Shown in pieces: positions 9,904 through 18,882 of a stretch of 32,422 nt of DNA (position 1 is the stretch's first letter; every line of letters starts with the position of its first letter). A model generated the notes under the pieces. That model was given only the letters and a program-made list of their open reading frames with translations, searched no databases and was not told the origin of the DNA. The stretch is taken from sequence record SRR2962707_1875. The stretch is one strand, 5' to 3'. A program made the position numbers and the translations under genes.

Positions 9904-9946
9904 CTCCGGGTCGCCAGTTTCCTGAGCACTCAATGGCGAACCGGAG
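9904..9946. terminator. Imperfect hairpin between convergent ytoQ-like and protease genes
   Basis: CTCCGG-G-TCGCCA…TGGCGA-A-CCGGAG, 13-bp stem with one mismatch. Confidence 0.4.
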
Positions 9947-9959
9947 AGTATCGAATAGT

Positions 9960-10559
9960 TCAGCCTGTCAGCGCCTTCTTACTCTTGGCGAGCTCCTCGA
10001 GGGTGCTGTATTCACACTCGTTTTCAACGATAAAGCTGCGGCCTGAGTCGATCAGGATGTTGTCATCACGCATGAAACGTCGGCCCAGCAGCACTGGATA
10101 AGAGAACTTGCCCCGGTCCGTCAGTGAAAACTGGGTTTCATGGGTTTTACCACCAATACAGAAGTCCATTTTTATCACGTATCTGCGTTGGGACGGCGCG
10201 CCCTTGCGCTTGATCAGTACGGTCCGGTATACCGGCCGTTCGAATTCGAGAATCACTTCTTCGTGATCAATATCCCCTTCACTGGGCTGGTCTTTGTGGT
10301 CGCCCAGTGGAAGTTGGAACCGGACCCACTCTTCATTGTCCTTCTCGAACGGTTCAACATTGACCGCATGCAGGGAGGAGGTCTTGGCACCGGTGTCGAG
10401 ACGGGCTTTCAGGCGTATGCCGGTTTCGCCCATTACCACCCATTCTACAAACCCCATAACCTCGGGTTCCGGTGTGGCCTCTTCTGTGCTTTCGGCCGAT
10501 GCCGGAAGCGCGGAGAAAATCAGGCTTGTCAGAGTGAGTAAGAGAACAGCAGATCGCAT
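9960..10559 (-). CDS. Exported retropepsin-like aspartic protease ('ATP-dependent zinc protease' / RimB-like family)
   Basis: Signal peptide MRSAVLLL…PASA, GFVEWV, ARLDTGAKTSSLHA, FSLTDR, YPVLLGRRFM. AAGGAAG RBS before ATG 10559. Confidence 0.85.
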   Translation of the reverse strand: MRSAVLLLTLTSLIFSALPASAESTEEATPEPEVMGFVEWVVMGETGIRLKARLDTGAKTSSLHAVNVEPFEKDNEEWVRFQLPLGDHKDQPSEGDIDHEEVILEFERPVYRTVLIKRKGAPSQRRYVIKMDFCIGGKTHETQFSLTDRGKFSYPVLLGRRFMRDDNILIDSGRSFIVENECEYSTLEELAKSKKALTG

Positions 10560-10763
10560 TGGATGCTTCCTTGTATTTTCCCGGTTAAACGACAAATACG
10601 GTTCGAAAGCGTATCAGGATTCCCTCTCTGTCGCCCTTGCGGGCAGATTAAACTTCCTTGAGCCGAAGCGTTGGCAGCCATTCGCCCGTGAGCCGTATTC
10701 TGGCCCGATTATCGCCATAGCCATTGTCCCTGGCAGGCGTACACTGGAGTTATCAACAGGAGA

Positions 10764-11681
10764 ATGATGATGGCACCTCAGGTCTCAACCGGGCGAATCC
10801 AGCAACAGGTAGCGGCCATCGCCAGTGGTTTTCTTGGCGACTGGCTGGAGCATCGTGGCAATGGTCTTGCCGTTCCTATGTCCGTATTTGCCGGAGATAC
10901 AGAGCTGCAGGTAGAGAAACCGGAACCCGAGGTGCCCGGCCGTACCCTGTGCCTGTCGATCCACGGCCTAATGGAACTGGAGTCGGTATGGGATTTTCCC
11001 TCGCGACCGGGTTACCACTATGGCAGCTACCTTGCGGAACAGCTTGGCGATGCCAGCGCCCTGAAACTGCGTTTCAACACCGGTCGGCCGATTTATCGTA
11101 ACGGTCAGGAGCTGGCGGCCCTGCTTGAATCCCTGGTCAGTAACTGGCCCGTTCCGGTGCAGCGGTTGATCCTGATCGGGCACAGCATGGGCGGATTGCT
11201 GATTCGAAGTGCCTGCCACTATGGTCTGGTGAATGGGCACTCCTGGGTCACACGGAACCCGGATTGCGTGTACATCGGTTCGCCACACGATGGCTCCTGG
11301 CTGGCGGTTGGTGCCCACCGGGCGGCCGGCTGGTTAAACCGGAGATCCCGGGACTATCTGAGGGTGATTGGTGAAGTGATCGACCTGCGTAGCGAGGGTA
11401 TCCGTAACCTGTCCCGGGGCGATGTCCTGGAACCCGGTGTGGAGCCCCAGCCACTGTTACCGGAGGCCCGGCATTATGTGATCAGTGGCTTGCTCCTGCG
11501 CGGTCAACAACACCCTGTGAACCTGCTCTTTGGTGACGCCTTGGTGCAGCAGGCCAGTGCTGAAGGCGCTGGCCAATCCGGCTGGCAGCTGGCGGGCTGT
11601 GCGAATTTTCCGGGTGTGGATCATATCCGCCTGGCTCACCATACATCGGTGTGCCAGCAACTGGAGGACTGGTTGGTATGA
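10764..11681 (+). CDS. PGAP1-like alpha/beta hydrolase (lipase/esterase)
   Basis: Oxyanion IHGLM, nucleophile LIGHSMGGL, IGSPHDG, acid GDALV, His GVDHIRL. AGGAG RBS, three tandem ATGs. Confidence 0.85.
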   Translation: MMMAPQVSTGRIQQQVAAIASGFLGDWLEHRGNGLAVPMSVFAGDTELQVEKPEPEVPGRTLCLSIHGLMELESVWDFPSRPGYHYGSYLAEQLGDASALKLRFNTGRPIYRNGQELAALLESLVSNWPVPVQRLILIGHSMGGLLIRSACHYGLVNGHSWVTRNPDCVYIGSPHDGSWLAVGAHRAAGWLNRRSRDYLRVIGEVIDLRSEGIRNLSRGDVLEPGVEPQPLLPEARHYVISGLLLRGQQHPVNLLFGDALVQQASAEGAGQSGWQLAGCANFPGVDHIRLAHHTSVCQQLEDWLV

Positions 11682-11974
11682 ACAAGGGTAATGGCGACAT
11701 GCACTGGTGGCTGGGCCTGGTAGATCTTCTCGCTCACGGGGTGCAACACAGCGCGGTGAAGCTGCAGCGGGTTCATTTGTCGGTGGCCGAAGAAAGCTTT
11801 CGGATACTGGAAACTGTGCCGGTTACCCGGCCCGGGGCGAGAGTGGTTCGGGTATGGCACCACGGCATTTCCCGGCTGAGTTATGGCAGTGTGGCGATGG
11901 CGGGAGCGGCCGTGACGCGGATTACCGACGGTTATCTGCGGGAACGAGATGACAGGAATGTGAATAAATTTTAG
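11678..11974 (+). CDS. Small helical protein resembling the N-terminal domain of full-length PGAP1-like lipases
   Basis: ATGA overlap with the hydrolase stop and GGAGG RBS upstream. Amphipathic helices GLVDLLAHGVQH…VHLSVA…HHGISRLSYGSV. Confidence 0.65.
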   Translation: MNKGNGDMHWWLGLVDLLAHGVQHSAVKLQRVHLSVAEESFRILETVPVTRPGARVVRVWHHGISRLSYGSVAMAGAAVTRITDGYLRERDDRNVNKF

Positions 11975-12023
11975 TCCGGTTTTAACCCGGTACCCCTGAA
12001 TTCTTCTGTAGGCTGGTTTTACG

Positions 12024-12049
12024 CAATCGGGAAACAGGATTTCCGATTG
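12024..12049 (+). promoter_or_regulatory. 5'-UTR hairpin with GGA in the loop (candidate CsrA/RsmA site)
   Basis: CAATCGGGAA-ACAGGA-TTTCCGATTG (one G-U pair), with further GGA motifs at about 12065 and in the RBS at about 12083. Confidence 0.4.
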
Positions 12050-12094
12050 ATCGTTTCGACGAATGGAAAACCCAACCACAGAGGAAAACGCGTT

Positions 12095-12673
12095 ATGAGC
12101 TACAAAGCTGGATTTGCGTGTGCAACTGTTCTGACTGCTGCCGTCTTCACTGCCCCCGCTGTCTGGGCTCAAGATAATGTCAGCCGCGACAAGTCAGGAC
12201 CGTACATCAGTGGTAGTTACGGGGGATACAAGGCCCACGGTGGCGAATTCGAGGACGAGAATGATCTGCTTGGCGCGGCTCTGGGCTATCAGTTCAACGA
12301 ATTTTTTGCCCTTGAAGCCGAGTACATCGATTTTGGCAATTTCGGCGATGATGACGTGGAAGGCAAGCTCAAAGGCGCGGGCCTGAGTGCCATCGGTCGC
12401 CTGCCATTGACCGACAGCTTTGGCGTTTATGCCAAGGCCGGTGCGTTTGCTTCCGCGTTTGATGTTGAAGCCTTCGATGAGGACGAAACCTACGATGAGG
12501 TGAATCCTTTTGTCGGTGCCGGTGTCGACTTCCGGGTAACCGAACAGCTGACGGCGTTTGCTGAGTACAACCGCTACAATGTGGACATCGATGAAGACGA
12601 CTTCAACGGCCAGGTAACCAACGACGGTCCGGATTTCGATACCGGTCGGGTTGGTCTGAAATTCCAGTTCTGA
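12095..12673 (+). CDS. Outer-membrane 8-stranded beta-barrel protein (OmpA-like transmembrane domain family)
   Basis: Signal peptide ending AVWA, GPYISGSYG, LGYQFNEFFALEAEY, VYAKAG, FVGAGVDF, C-terminal beta-signal GLKFQF. GAGG RBS. Confidence 0.9.
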   Translation: MSYKAGFACATVLTAAVFTAPAVWAQDNVSRDKSGPYISGSYGGYKAHGGEFEDENDLLGAALGYQFNEFFALEAEYIDFGNFGDDDVEGKLKGAGLSAIGRLPLTDSFGVYAKAGAFASAFDVEAFDEDETYDEVNPFVGAGVDFRVTEQLTAFAEYNRYNVDIDEDDFNGQVTNDGPDFDTGRVGLKFQF

Positions 12674-12690
12674 CACTGACGTCAGTCGTT

Positions 12691-12725
12691 AAAAAAAGCG
12701 CAGCCCTTAGAGGCTGCGCTTTTTT
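12691..12725. terminator. Bidirectional rho-independent terminator
   Basis: A-tract, AGCGCAGCC-loop-GGCTGCGCT, T-tract, between the convergent OMP and cysK genes. Confidence 0.9.
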
Positions 12726-12745
12726 GTTTTCAGGCACGGTGAGAA

Positions 12746-13717
12746 TTACTGCTGGTTCTCAAGCTCGCCAAAGGTATCGGCAAACAGGGCCGACGAGAGG
12801 TAACGCTCGGCCGAATCCGGCAATACCACCACAATGTTTTTGCCCTGGTGTTCCGGCTGTTTGCTGACCCGAATCGCGGCCACCACCGCAGCGCCGCAGG
12901 AAATGCCGCACAGAATGCCTTCTTCCCGCATCAGGCGATGGGCCATGGCCATGGCGTCCTCGTTGGACACGGCCTCTACCTGATCGACCAGGTCAAGGTC
13001 GAGGTTCTTGGGTACAAAGCCGGCCCCGAGACCCTGAATCTTGTGGGGGGAGGGTTTAATCTCGTCGCCCCGCAGTGTCTGGGCAATGACCGGTGAATCC
13101 GCCGGCTCCACCGCCACGGTGGTAATCGCTTTGCCCCGGGTTTGCTTGATGTATCGGGATACGCCGGTCAGCGTGCCGCCGGTACCAACGCCGGCAACAA
13201 AGATATCCACTTCACCGTCGGTATCGTCCCAGATTTCCGGGCCGGTGGTGTCCTCGTGAATCTTCGGGTTAGCGGGATTCTGGAACTGCTGCGGCAGGAA
13301 GTGGTTGTCCGGGTCGGAGGCAAAAATTTCCTCGGCCTTGGCGATGGCGCCCGGCATACCCTTGGCGGGTTCGGTGAGTACCAGTTCGGCTCCCAGGGCC
13401 TTGAGAACCTTGCGCCGCTCCAGACTCATGGAGGCCGGCATGGTGAGAATCAGCTTGTAACCGCGGGCAGCGGCGACATAGGCCAGGGCAATGCCAGTAT
13501 TACCACTGGTTGGCTCGACAATGGTCATGCCCGGTTTCAGGGTGCCGCGTTTTTCAGCATCCCAGATCATGGCGGAACCAATCCGGCATTTGACCGAGTA
13601 GGCCGGGTTCCGGCCTTCGATCTTGGCCCAGATCGTTGCGCCATCGTTTACCCGGTTCAGTTTCACCAGCGGTGTGTTACCGATGGAGAGGGAATTGTCG
13701 TTATAGATACGTGCCAT
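12746..13717 (-). CDS. cysK: Cysteine synthase A (O-acetylserine sulfhydrylase)
   Basis: IGNTPLV, PLP lysine in [54 protein letters not shown] before ATG 13717. Confidence 0.95.
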   Translation of the reverse strand: MARIYNDNSLSIGNTPLVKLNRVNDGATIWAKIEGRNPAYSVKCRIGSAMIWDAEKRGTLKPGMTIVEPTSGNTGIALAYVAAARGYKLILTMPASMSLERRKVLKALGAELVLTEPAKGMPGAIAKAEEIFASDPDNHFLPQQFQNPANPKIHEDTTGPEIWDDTDGEVDIFVAGVGTGGTLTGVSRYIKQTRGKAITTVAVEPADSPVIAQTLRGDEIKPSPHKIQGLGAGFVPKNLDLDLVDQVEAVSNEDAMAMAHRLMREEGILCGISCGAAVVAAIRVSKQPEHQGKNIVVVLPDSAERYLSSALFADTFGELENQQ

Positions 13718-13733
13718 GTTCTGCTCCTGTTCC

Positions 13734-16673
13734 TTATGTCTTGCGTCCGGTCTGTCTTGCTTCCAGGCGGTTTCGACCATTGCCCTTGGCGGCGTAGAGC
13801 GCCTGATCGGCCTGCCTCAGATACTCCGCCGGTGAGCCGGTCGGCTCGGGCACGCCATAGGCGAGGCCAATACTGACCGTCAGTTCGATCGGGCTACCCT
13901 GGCAGGTATCGCACTGCCGGTTGGCAACCGCTGTCCGGAAACGTTCCAGTCGGTCCATGATATCGGATGCGTCTTCGTAACTGGTGAAAATTATGAACTC
14001 CTCACCACCAAAACGCGACAACCGGTCGGTTTCCCGGCGGAAGTGCTCCCGCATCACATCAGCCAGTGCCTGAAGGCACTGGTCACCGGCTTCATGGCCC
14101 CAGGTATCGTTGATTTTCTTGAAGTGGTCGGCATCCACCATGGCCACTGCGAATCCGGTTTTGTGGCGCTGGCACCACTGGAAGCTGCGGGGGAACTCGC
14201 GGTCGAAATAACTGCGATTACCCAGTTGAGTGAGGTTGTCGGTTACGCTGAGCCGTGACAATGCTTCGTTGGCCTCGGCCAGCTCCCGGTTCAGGCGGCC
14301 GAGCTTGCGATTCCAGTACACCAGCATAGCCGTTATCACAAGGCCGGCAATCAGAATCTGCCAGAAACGGGTGTAATCAACCCGTTCCTCAATCCGGAGA
14401 TTACGCCAGGTACTCTCCAGGTTTTCCCTCTCCTCTCGAGTGAGGCTGGAAACCAGCCGCTGCATGATGTTGTGCAGTATAGGCTCGTCATTTCGAGTAG
14501 CAATGGCCAGAGACCAGTCGGCAGGAACCCGGCCGATCACTTTCAGGTCGGCCAGGCCGAGTGACTGCATGTAATAACTGGCGGTCGCCAGCGTGGTGAT
14601 GTAGCCGGCCAGTTTGCCGTTTTGCAGCTGCCGTAACCCTTCTTGCTCGGAGCCAACCGGAACGAGCTGCAGCGAGGGGTAACGTTGTTTGAGGAGCTCG
14701 GCAAACGCGTAGCCGTCGACCACGCCAACGGGCCTGTCGCCCATATCACTCAGCCGTTCGATAAACGGTGCCTCAATGCGCCCCATGATGACATTAGGCA
14801 CTTCAAGGTAGGGTGTGGTGAAGCTCATATAGCTGGTGCGTTCCGGGGTTTCCATAGCCAGAGGGAACATGTCACAGCGGCGGTCGCGGGCGGCGTCAAT
14901 GGATTCCCACCAGCTGTCGGTTGGCACCAGTTGGAAATTGAGGTCACCCCGTTCCCGGAACAGCTCCAGTACCTGGGCTGAGAGTCCAACATGCTGGCCA
15001 TTCTCGACGGCTTCCAGTGGGCTCCAGTCCGGATCGACACAAATACGGACTCTGCGATTATGCTGTCGCAGCCAGTCGGATTCCGTTTCGTTCCACTCAA
15101 TTCGGCCACTCGGTTGATCTGCCCGGCGGGCCGTGGCGCCGAGCCAGCGGGTTTCGATGGTTCTCTGTTCGGTGGGAGAGATTGACGCCAGAGCCTGGTT
15201 CAGGATATCTGCCAGGGGCGACAGGGTCGGCCGGATGCCGAAGCGCAGGTCCTCTCCGGTGAAACCCGGAAGTAACAGTTCGCCGGCAATACGTACGCCG
15301 CTGATGCCAAGTTCATGTATCCAGTAATTGCCCGAATGCAGGGCATTGATCACTACATCCACGTCGCCCTTGGCCAACGCGTGGAACATAGGCTCCTGGG
15401 TGCTGAAGGTGAGCAGATTTTTTGTGCCCAGAATCTCTTTGACGGCCTCTTCGTAATAGATGCCGGCACCGATGGCCAGGCGGTAGTTTCTCAGGTCTTC
15501 CAGCCGGGCGTAGTCCAAGCCGTCACTGCGGGTAAATATGACATTGGGGATAGTGTGATAGGGCTCGGTGAAACGGGCAAAGGCTTCCCGTTCCGGGCGA
15601 TAGGACATGTTTGCCATGATGTCGATGTCGCCGTTCTGCAGCATTGGAATCAGCTCGTCCCACTGGCCGCGTACCGGAATAATCTGCAGGCCGGTGAGAT
15701 CGGCCAGACGGTTCATAACGTCCACGCTCAGGCCCAGGATTCGGCCACCGTCAGTAAAGCTGAAGGGGGCATAATCATCCATGAAACCGACTCGAACCGG
15801 TCCGAGGGTGGCCAGGAACTGCAGTTGTTCCGAACTTAACGGTAGCCTGGCGGACCGTTCTCTGGAAACGCCACCGAATTCCTGCCAGCGCTCACGCAGG
15901 TTGCTCAGGTAGCTTGCCGGAATGGCACTTAGCCCTGCCTGTAATCGGTCGAGCAGAGCCTGATCGCCAACTCTGACGCCAATTCGAAAGTCCTCCCGTG
16001 ATAACTGGTTCAAGGGTGCAGGGCCGACCATTTCCAGAAATCGGAAGCCGGCCCGGTTAGCCAGGTACTCCATAGTCAGGCGTGGGCCAACGGCCACATC
16101 CACCCAGCCAAAAGCCAGGGCGCGCACCAGGCTGGGCAGGGTATCGTAGGTCTGTATCGTGAGGTTTTGGTTCTGTAGGCTGTCCAGATAGAAGATATTC
16201 TCCACCACGCCCACGCTCAGCCCCTCAAGGTCTTTCAGGTTTTCGATGGGCGGCAGGTAACGAGCGCTGTCGCGCATCAGGTAGACTTCGCGAAAATGGT
16301 AGGGTTCGGTAAACAGGATCTTTTCAGCCCGCTCCGGGCGCCAGGAAATACCATCAATGGCGTCCAGATCGCCCCGCAGGAATGCCGCGTAAATGTCTGG
16401 CCAGCTGCCGGCCCGGAAATCGAAGGTCAGGTTGGCGTTACGAGCGACTTCTCTCAGGACGTCAATGGAAAATCCCGTTGGAGTGCGCCCTTCGAAAAAA
16501 GTGTATGGCTCGTTGTCGGCGACTACGCCGATGGTAATCACCGGAGGCCTGTCCTCAGGGGACTCTGCCTGGGCGAGCCCGGCAACAACCAACGACAATA
16601 GCAGAGCCATGAAAGATAGCCGGGAGACGACTAAGATCGGGCGCTGTAGCGTTGAAAACGTGGGGAATGTCAA
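13734..16673 (-). CDS. Diguanylate cyclase with three periplasmic family-3 solute-binding domains, TM helix and GGDEF domain
   Basis: Three repeats of the PY/PF…G.S.D…FT.PY SBP pattern, [44 protein letters not shown]-site [25 protein letters not shown]. Start placed at TTG 16673 (AGAAGG upstream); the exact start is uncertain. Confidence 0.9.
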   Translation of the reverse strand: MTFPTFSTLQRPILVVSRLSFMALLLSLVVAGLAQAESPEDRPPVITIGVVADNEPYTFFEGRTPTGFSIDVLREVARNANLTFDFRAGSWPDIYAAFLRGDLDAIDGISWRPERAEKILFTEPYHFREVYLMRDSARYLPPIENLKDLEGLSVGVVENIFYLDSLQNQNLTIQTYDTLPSLVRALAFGWVDVAVGPRLTMEYLANRAGFRFLEMVGPAPLNQLSREDFRIGVRVGDQALLDRLQAGLSAIPASYLSNLRERWQEFGGVSRERSARLPLSSEQLQFLATLGPVRVGFMDDYAPFSFTDGGRILGLSVDVMNRLADLTGLQIIPVRGQWDELIPMLQNGDIDIMANMSYRPEREAFARFTEPYHTIPNVIFTRSDGLDYARLEDLRNYRLAIGAGIYYEEAVKEILGTKNLLTFSTQEPMFHALAKGDVDVVINALHSGNYWIHELGISGVRIAGELLLPGFTGEDLRFGIRPTLSPLADILNQALASISPTEQRTIETRWLGATARRADQPSGRIEWNETESDWLRQHNRRVRICVDPDWSPLEAVENGQHVGLSAQVLELFRERGDLNFQLVPTDSWWESIDAARDRRCDMFPLAMETPERTSYMSFTTPYLEVPNVIMGRIEAPFIERLSDMGDRPVGVVDGYAFAELLKQRYPSLQLVPVGSEQEGLRQLQNGKLAGYITTLATASYYMQSLGLADLKVIGRVPADWSLAIATRNDEPILHNIMQRLVSSLTREERENLESTWRNLRIEERVDYTRFWQILIAGLVITAMLVYWNRKLGRLNRELAEANEALSRLSVTDNLTQLGNRSYFDREFPRSFQWCQRHKTGFAVAMVDADHFKKINDTWGHEAGDQCLQALADVMREHFRRETDRLSRFGGEEFIIFTSYEDASDIMDRLERFRTAVANRQCDTCQGSPIELTVSIGLAYGVPEPTGSPAEYLRQADQALYAAKGNGRNRLEARQTGRKT

Positions 16674-16790
16674 AATGAACCTTCTATGTTGCTTACCGCT
16701 ACAGTGTAGTTGCAAATCGTAACCTCTGACAGCCATAGCTGGCCAGAATTCATATAGACTTTGTGAAATCTCAACGAGGAACCGCAGCCC

Positions 16791-17570
16791 ATGGCAGAAC
16801 AGGCGTTTGATTGGCAACACACACCAGCCGCCGTCTGGCGGAGGCATCGTTCAGGCTTGCGGGCCATTCGCCGGCTGGACCCGGTGCAGTGGCCGGCGCT
16901 GACCGGCATAGACCACCAGAAGCAGGCGTTGGCAAGGAACACCGAACGTTTTCTGGCGGGTGAGCCCTCCAATAATGCGCTGCTCTGGGGATCGCGGGGG
17001 ACGGGCAAATCTTCGCTGATCAAGGCCCTTCTGAACCGCTATTGCGATCAGGGCTTGCGCATGATCGAGGTGGACAAGGACGACCTGGTCAATCTGCCTG
17101 AAATTGTCGACGACATCTGCGATCTGCCGTTCCGGTTTGTGATCTATTGCGATGACCTGTCGTTCGATGTGGGGGAATCTGGGTACAAGGCACTGAAAAG
17201 CGTGCTGGAAGGCTCACTGGAGCTGCCGCCGGAGAATGTGCGGGTGTATGCCACGTCTAATCGGCGCCACTTGATGCCGGAGTTCATGAGCGACAACCTC
17301 AAAAGCGAAGTCCGGGATGGCGAACTGCATCCGGCCGAGGCTATTGAGGAGCAGGTGTCGCTGGCCGACAGGTTCGGTCTTCAGTTGTCGTTCTACCCGT
17401 TTTCGCAGGATGTCTATCTGCAGGCGGTGGATCTGCTGTTTCCCCAGGTACAGGACCGTGAAGCTCTGCACCTGGAGGCGGTGCGCTTTGCCACCGGCAA
17501 GGGCGTGCGCAATGGCCGCACTGCCCAGCAGTTCTATCGCCAGTTCGCCGGGGATCGGCGCTTCTGCTGA
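16791..17570 (+). CDS. DUF815 family AAA+ ATP-binding protein
   Basis: NNALLWGSRGTGKSSLIKA, YCDDLSF, YKALKSVLEG, YATSNRRHLMPE, SLADRFGL. GAGG RBS. Confidence 0.9.
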   Translation: MAEQAFDWQHTPAAVWRRHRSGLRAIRRLDPVQWPALTGIDHQKQALARNTERFLAGEPSNNALLWGSRGTGKSSLIKALLNRYCDQGLRMIEVDKDDLVNLPEIVDDICDLPFRFVIYCDDLSFDVGESGYKALKSVLEGSLELPPENVRVYATSNRRHLMPEFMSDNLKSEVRDGELHPAEAIEEQVSLADRFGLQLSFYPFSQDVYLQAVDLLFPQVQDREALHLEAVRFATGKGVRNGRTAQQFYRQFAGDRRFC

Positions 17571-17574
17571 ACCG

Positions 17575-18882
17575 CTACTGCCGGCGTGCCATGCGGATGA
17601 AACGATGGTGGATGATGCGGATGCCGATGAACACCAGCACCATCACCACCGGTATGGCCAGGGCTGTCACCAGTGATTCGTTGATCGGTAGCCCGGTACC
17701 CTTCAGGGCGTCCAGCCCAAGTTTCAACAGGCCAATCAGGTAATAGGAGATGGCCACCACAGAGAAGCCTTCCACGGTATGCTGCATCATCAGCTGGATG
17801 CGGGAACGGCGGTCCATGGAACTGAGCAGTTGCTGGTTCTGGCTCTGGATGGCCAGCTCAACCCGGGTGCGCATCATTTCAGAGGCCCGGTCGACCCGGC
17901 GTGACAGATCTTCCAGGCGTTCGTTGACGGCTTCGCAGGTTTTTACCGCCGGGGTCAGGCGCCGGGTCATGAATTCAGTGATGGTCAGGTGGCCGGAGAC
18001 TTCGTCTTCCCGTAGTTCCTCCAGCCGGGTCAGCACCAGCCGGTGATAGGCCCGGGTCGCCGAGAACCGGAAGGTGGTATGGGCACGGTAGGCTTCGATT
18101 CGGGCTGCGATGTTGGTCAGTTCGGCCAGAATCTGCTGTTCATCCAGGCTCTCGTTGTCCGCCAGGGACTGAGTGATGCGGGCAAGCTGCTGGTCCATGT
18201 CGTTCAGGGAAGGAGTGATTTCCCGGGCCACCGGTAAGGCCAGCAACGACATCAGTCGATAGGTCTCGATTTCCATCAAACGCTGAACCAGACGACCAAG
18301 CTGGCTGTTGGACATATGGTGGTTCAGCACCATGAACCGCCCGAAATTGTCGCTGTGCAACTGGAATGAGCCGAGTACCCGGGCTGCCCCTTCCTGCGGG
18401 CTGCTACCCACCAGGCGCATACCTTCAAAATGTTTGCGCATAAAGGCCAGCTCGCTGCGTGCGTCCTCTGAGGAGGCGCGCACCTCAACGTGAAAGGCCC
18501 CCACCACGGTACCCTCCAGCTGCGCCAGCCAGCCGTCCGGCAACAGGCTCAAGCCGGTATCCGAAAACGGATCCGCGTCTGAATCGGCCAGATTGATGAA
18601 GGTGTAGGAGGTAAACTCCATATGCACTTCACGCCGGATCCGAAGCTTGCCGAAGCTCTGTTCGTAGCAGCTTACCTCGTGTTCCGGCCAGGGTTCACCC
18701 AGCAGCCGGTGCAGTTTCTGGAGATGTTCAAACTGCCGGGTTCGCTGTTCCGGTGCGGTGATCACCGCAATCTGAGTGACCCGGGCATGGGGCGGAATAA
18801 TCTGGAACGGTCGGGAATGCAGTTCCTGGTACAGATCCGCCCGGAGCGGGTGAAAATCCAGGCTGCTGGTGTCGGCACTCAC
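17575..18882 (-). CDS. DUF3422 family membrane-anchored protein
   Basis: HPLRADLYQELHSRPF, GRLVQRLMEIETYR, FRFSATRAY, LQ/MQHTVEGFSVVAISYY, two C-terminal TM helices. GTG start overlaps the pdsS stop (GTGA). Confidence 0.85.
   Translation of the reverse strand: MSADTSSLDFHPLRADLYQELHSRPFQIIPPHARVTQIAVITAPEQRTRQFEHLQKLHRLLGEPWPEHEVSCYEQSFGKLRIRREVHMEFTSYTFINLADSDADPFSDTGLSLLPDGWLAQLEGTVVGAFHVEVRASSEDARSELAFMRKHFEGMRLVGSSPQEGAARVLGSFQLHSDNFGRFMVLNHHMSNSQLGRLVQRLMEIETYRLMSLLALPVAREITPSLNDMDQQLARITQSLADNESLDEQQILAELTNIAARIEAYRAHTTFRFSATRAYHRLVLTRLEELREDEVSGHLTITEFMTRRLTPAVKTCEAVNERLEDLSRRVDRASEMMRTRVELAIQSQNQQLLSSMDRRSRIQLMMQHTVEGFSVVAISYYLIGLLKLGLDALKGTGLPINESLVTALAIPVVMVLVFIGIRIIHHRFIRMARRQ

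Noticed and set aside
16674-16847. ORF-track N-terminal extension of the diguanylate cyclase overlapping the DUF815 gene
   Set aside because: It would overlap a divergent gene and bury the signal peptide; TTG 16673 has a plausible RBS.
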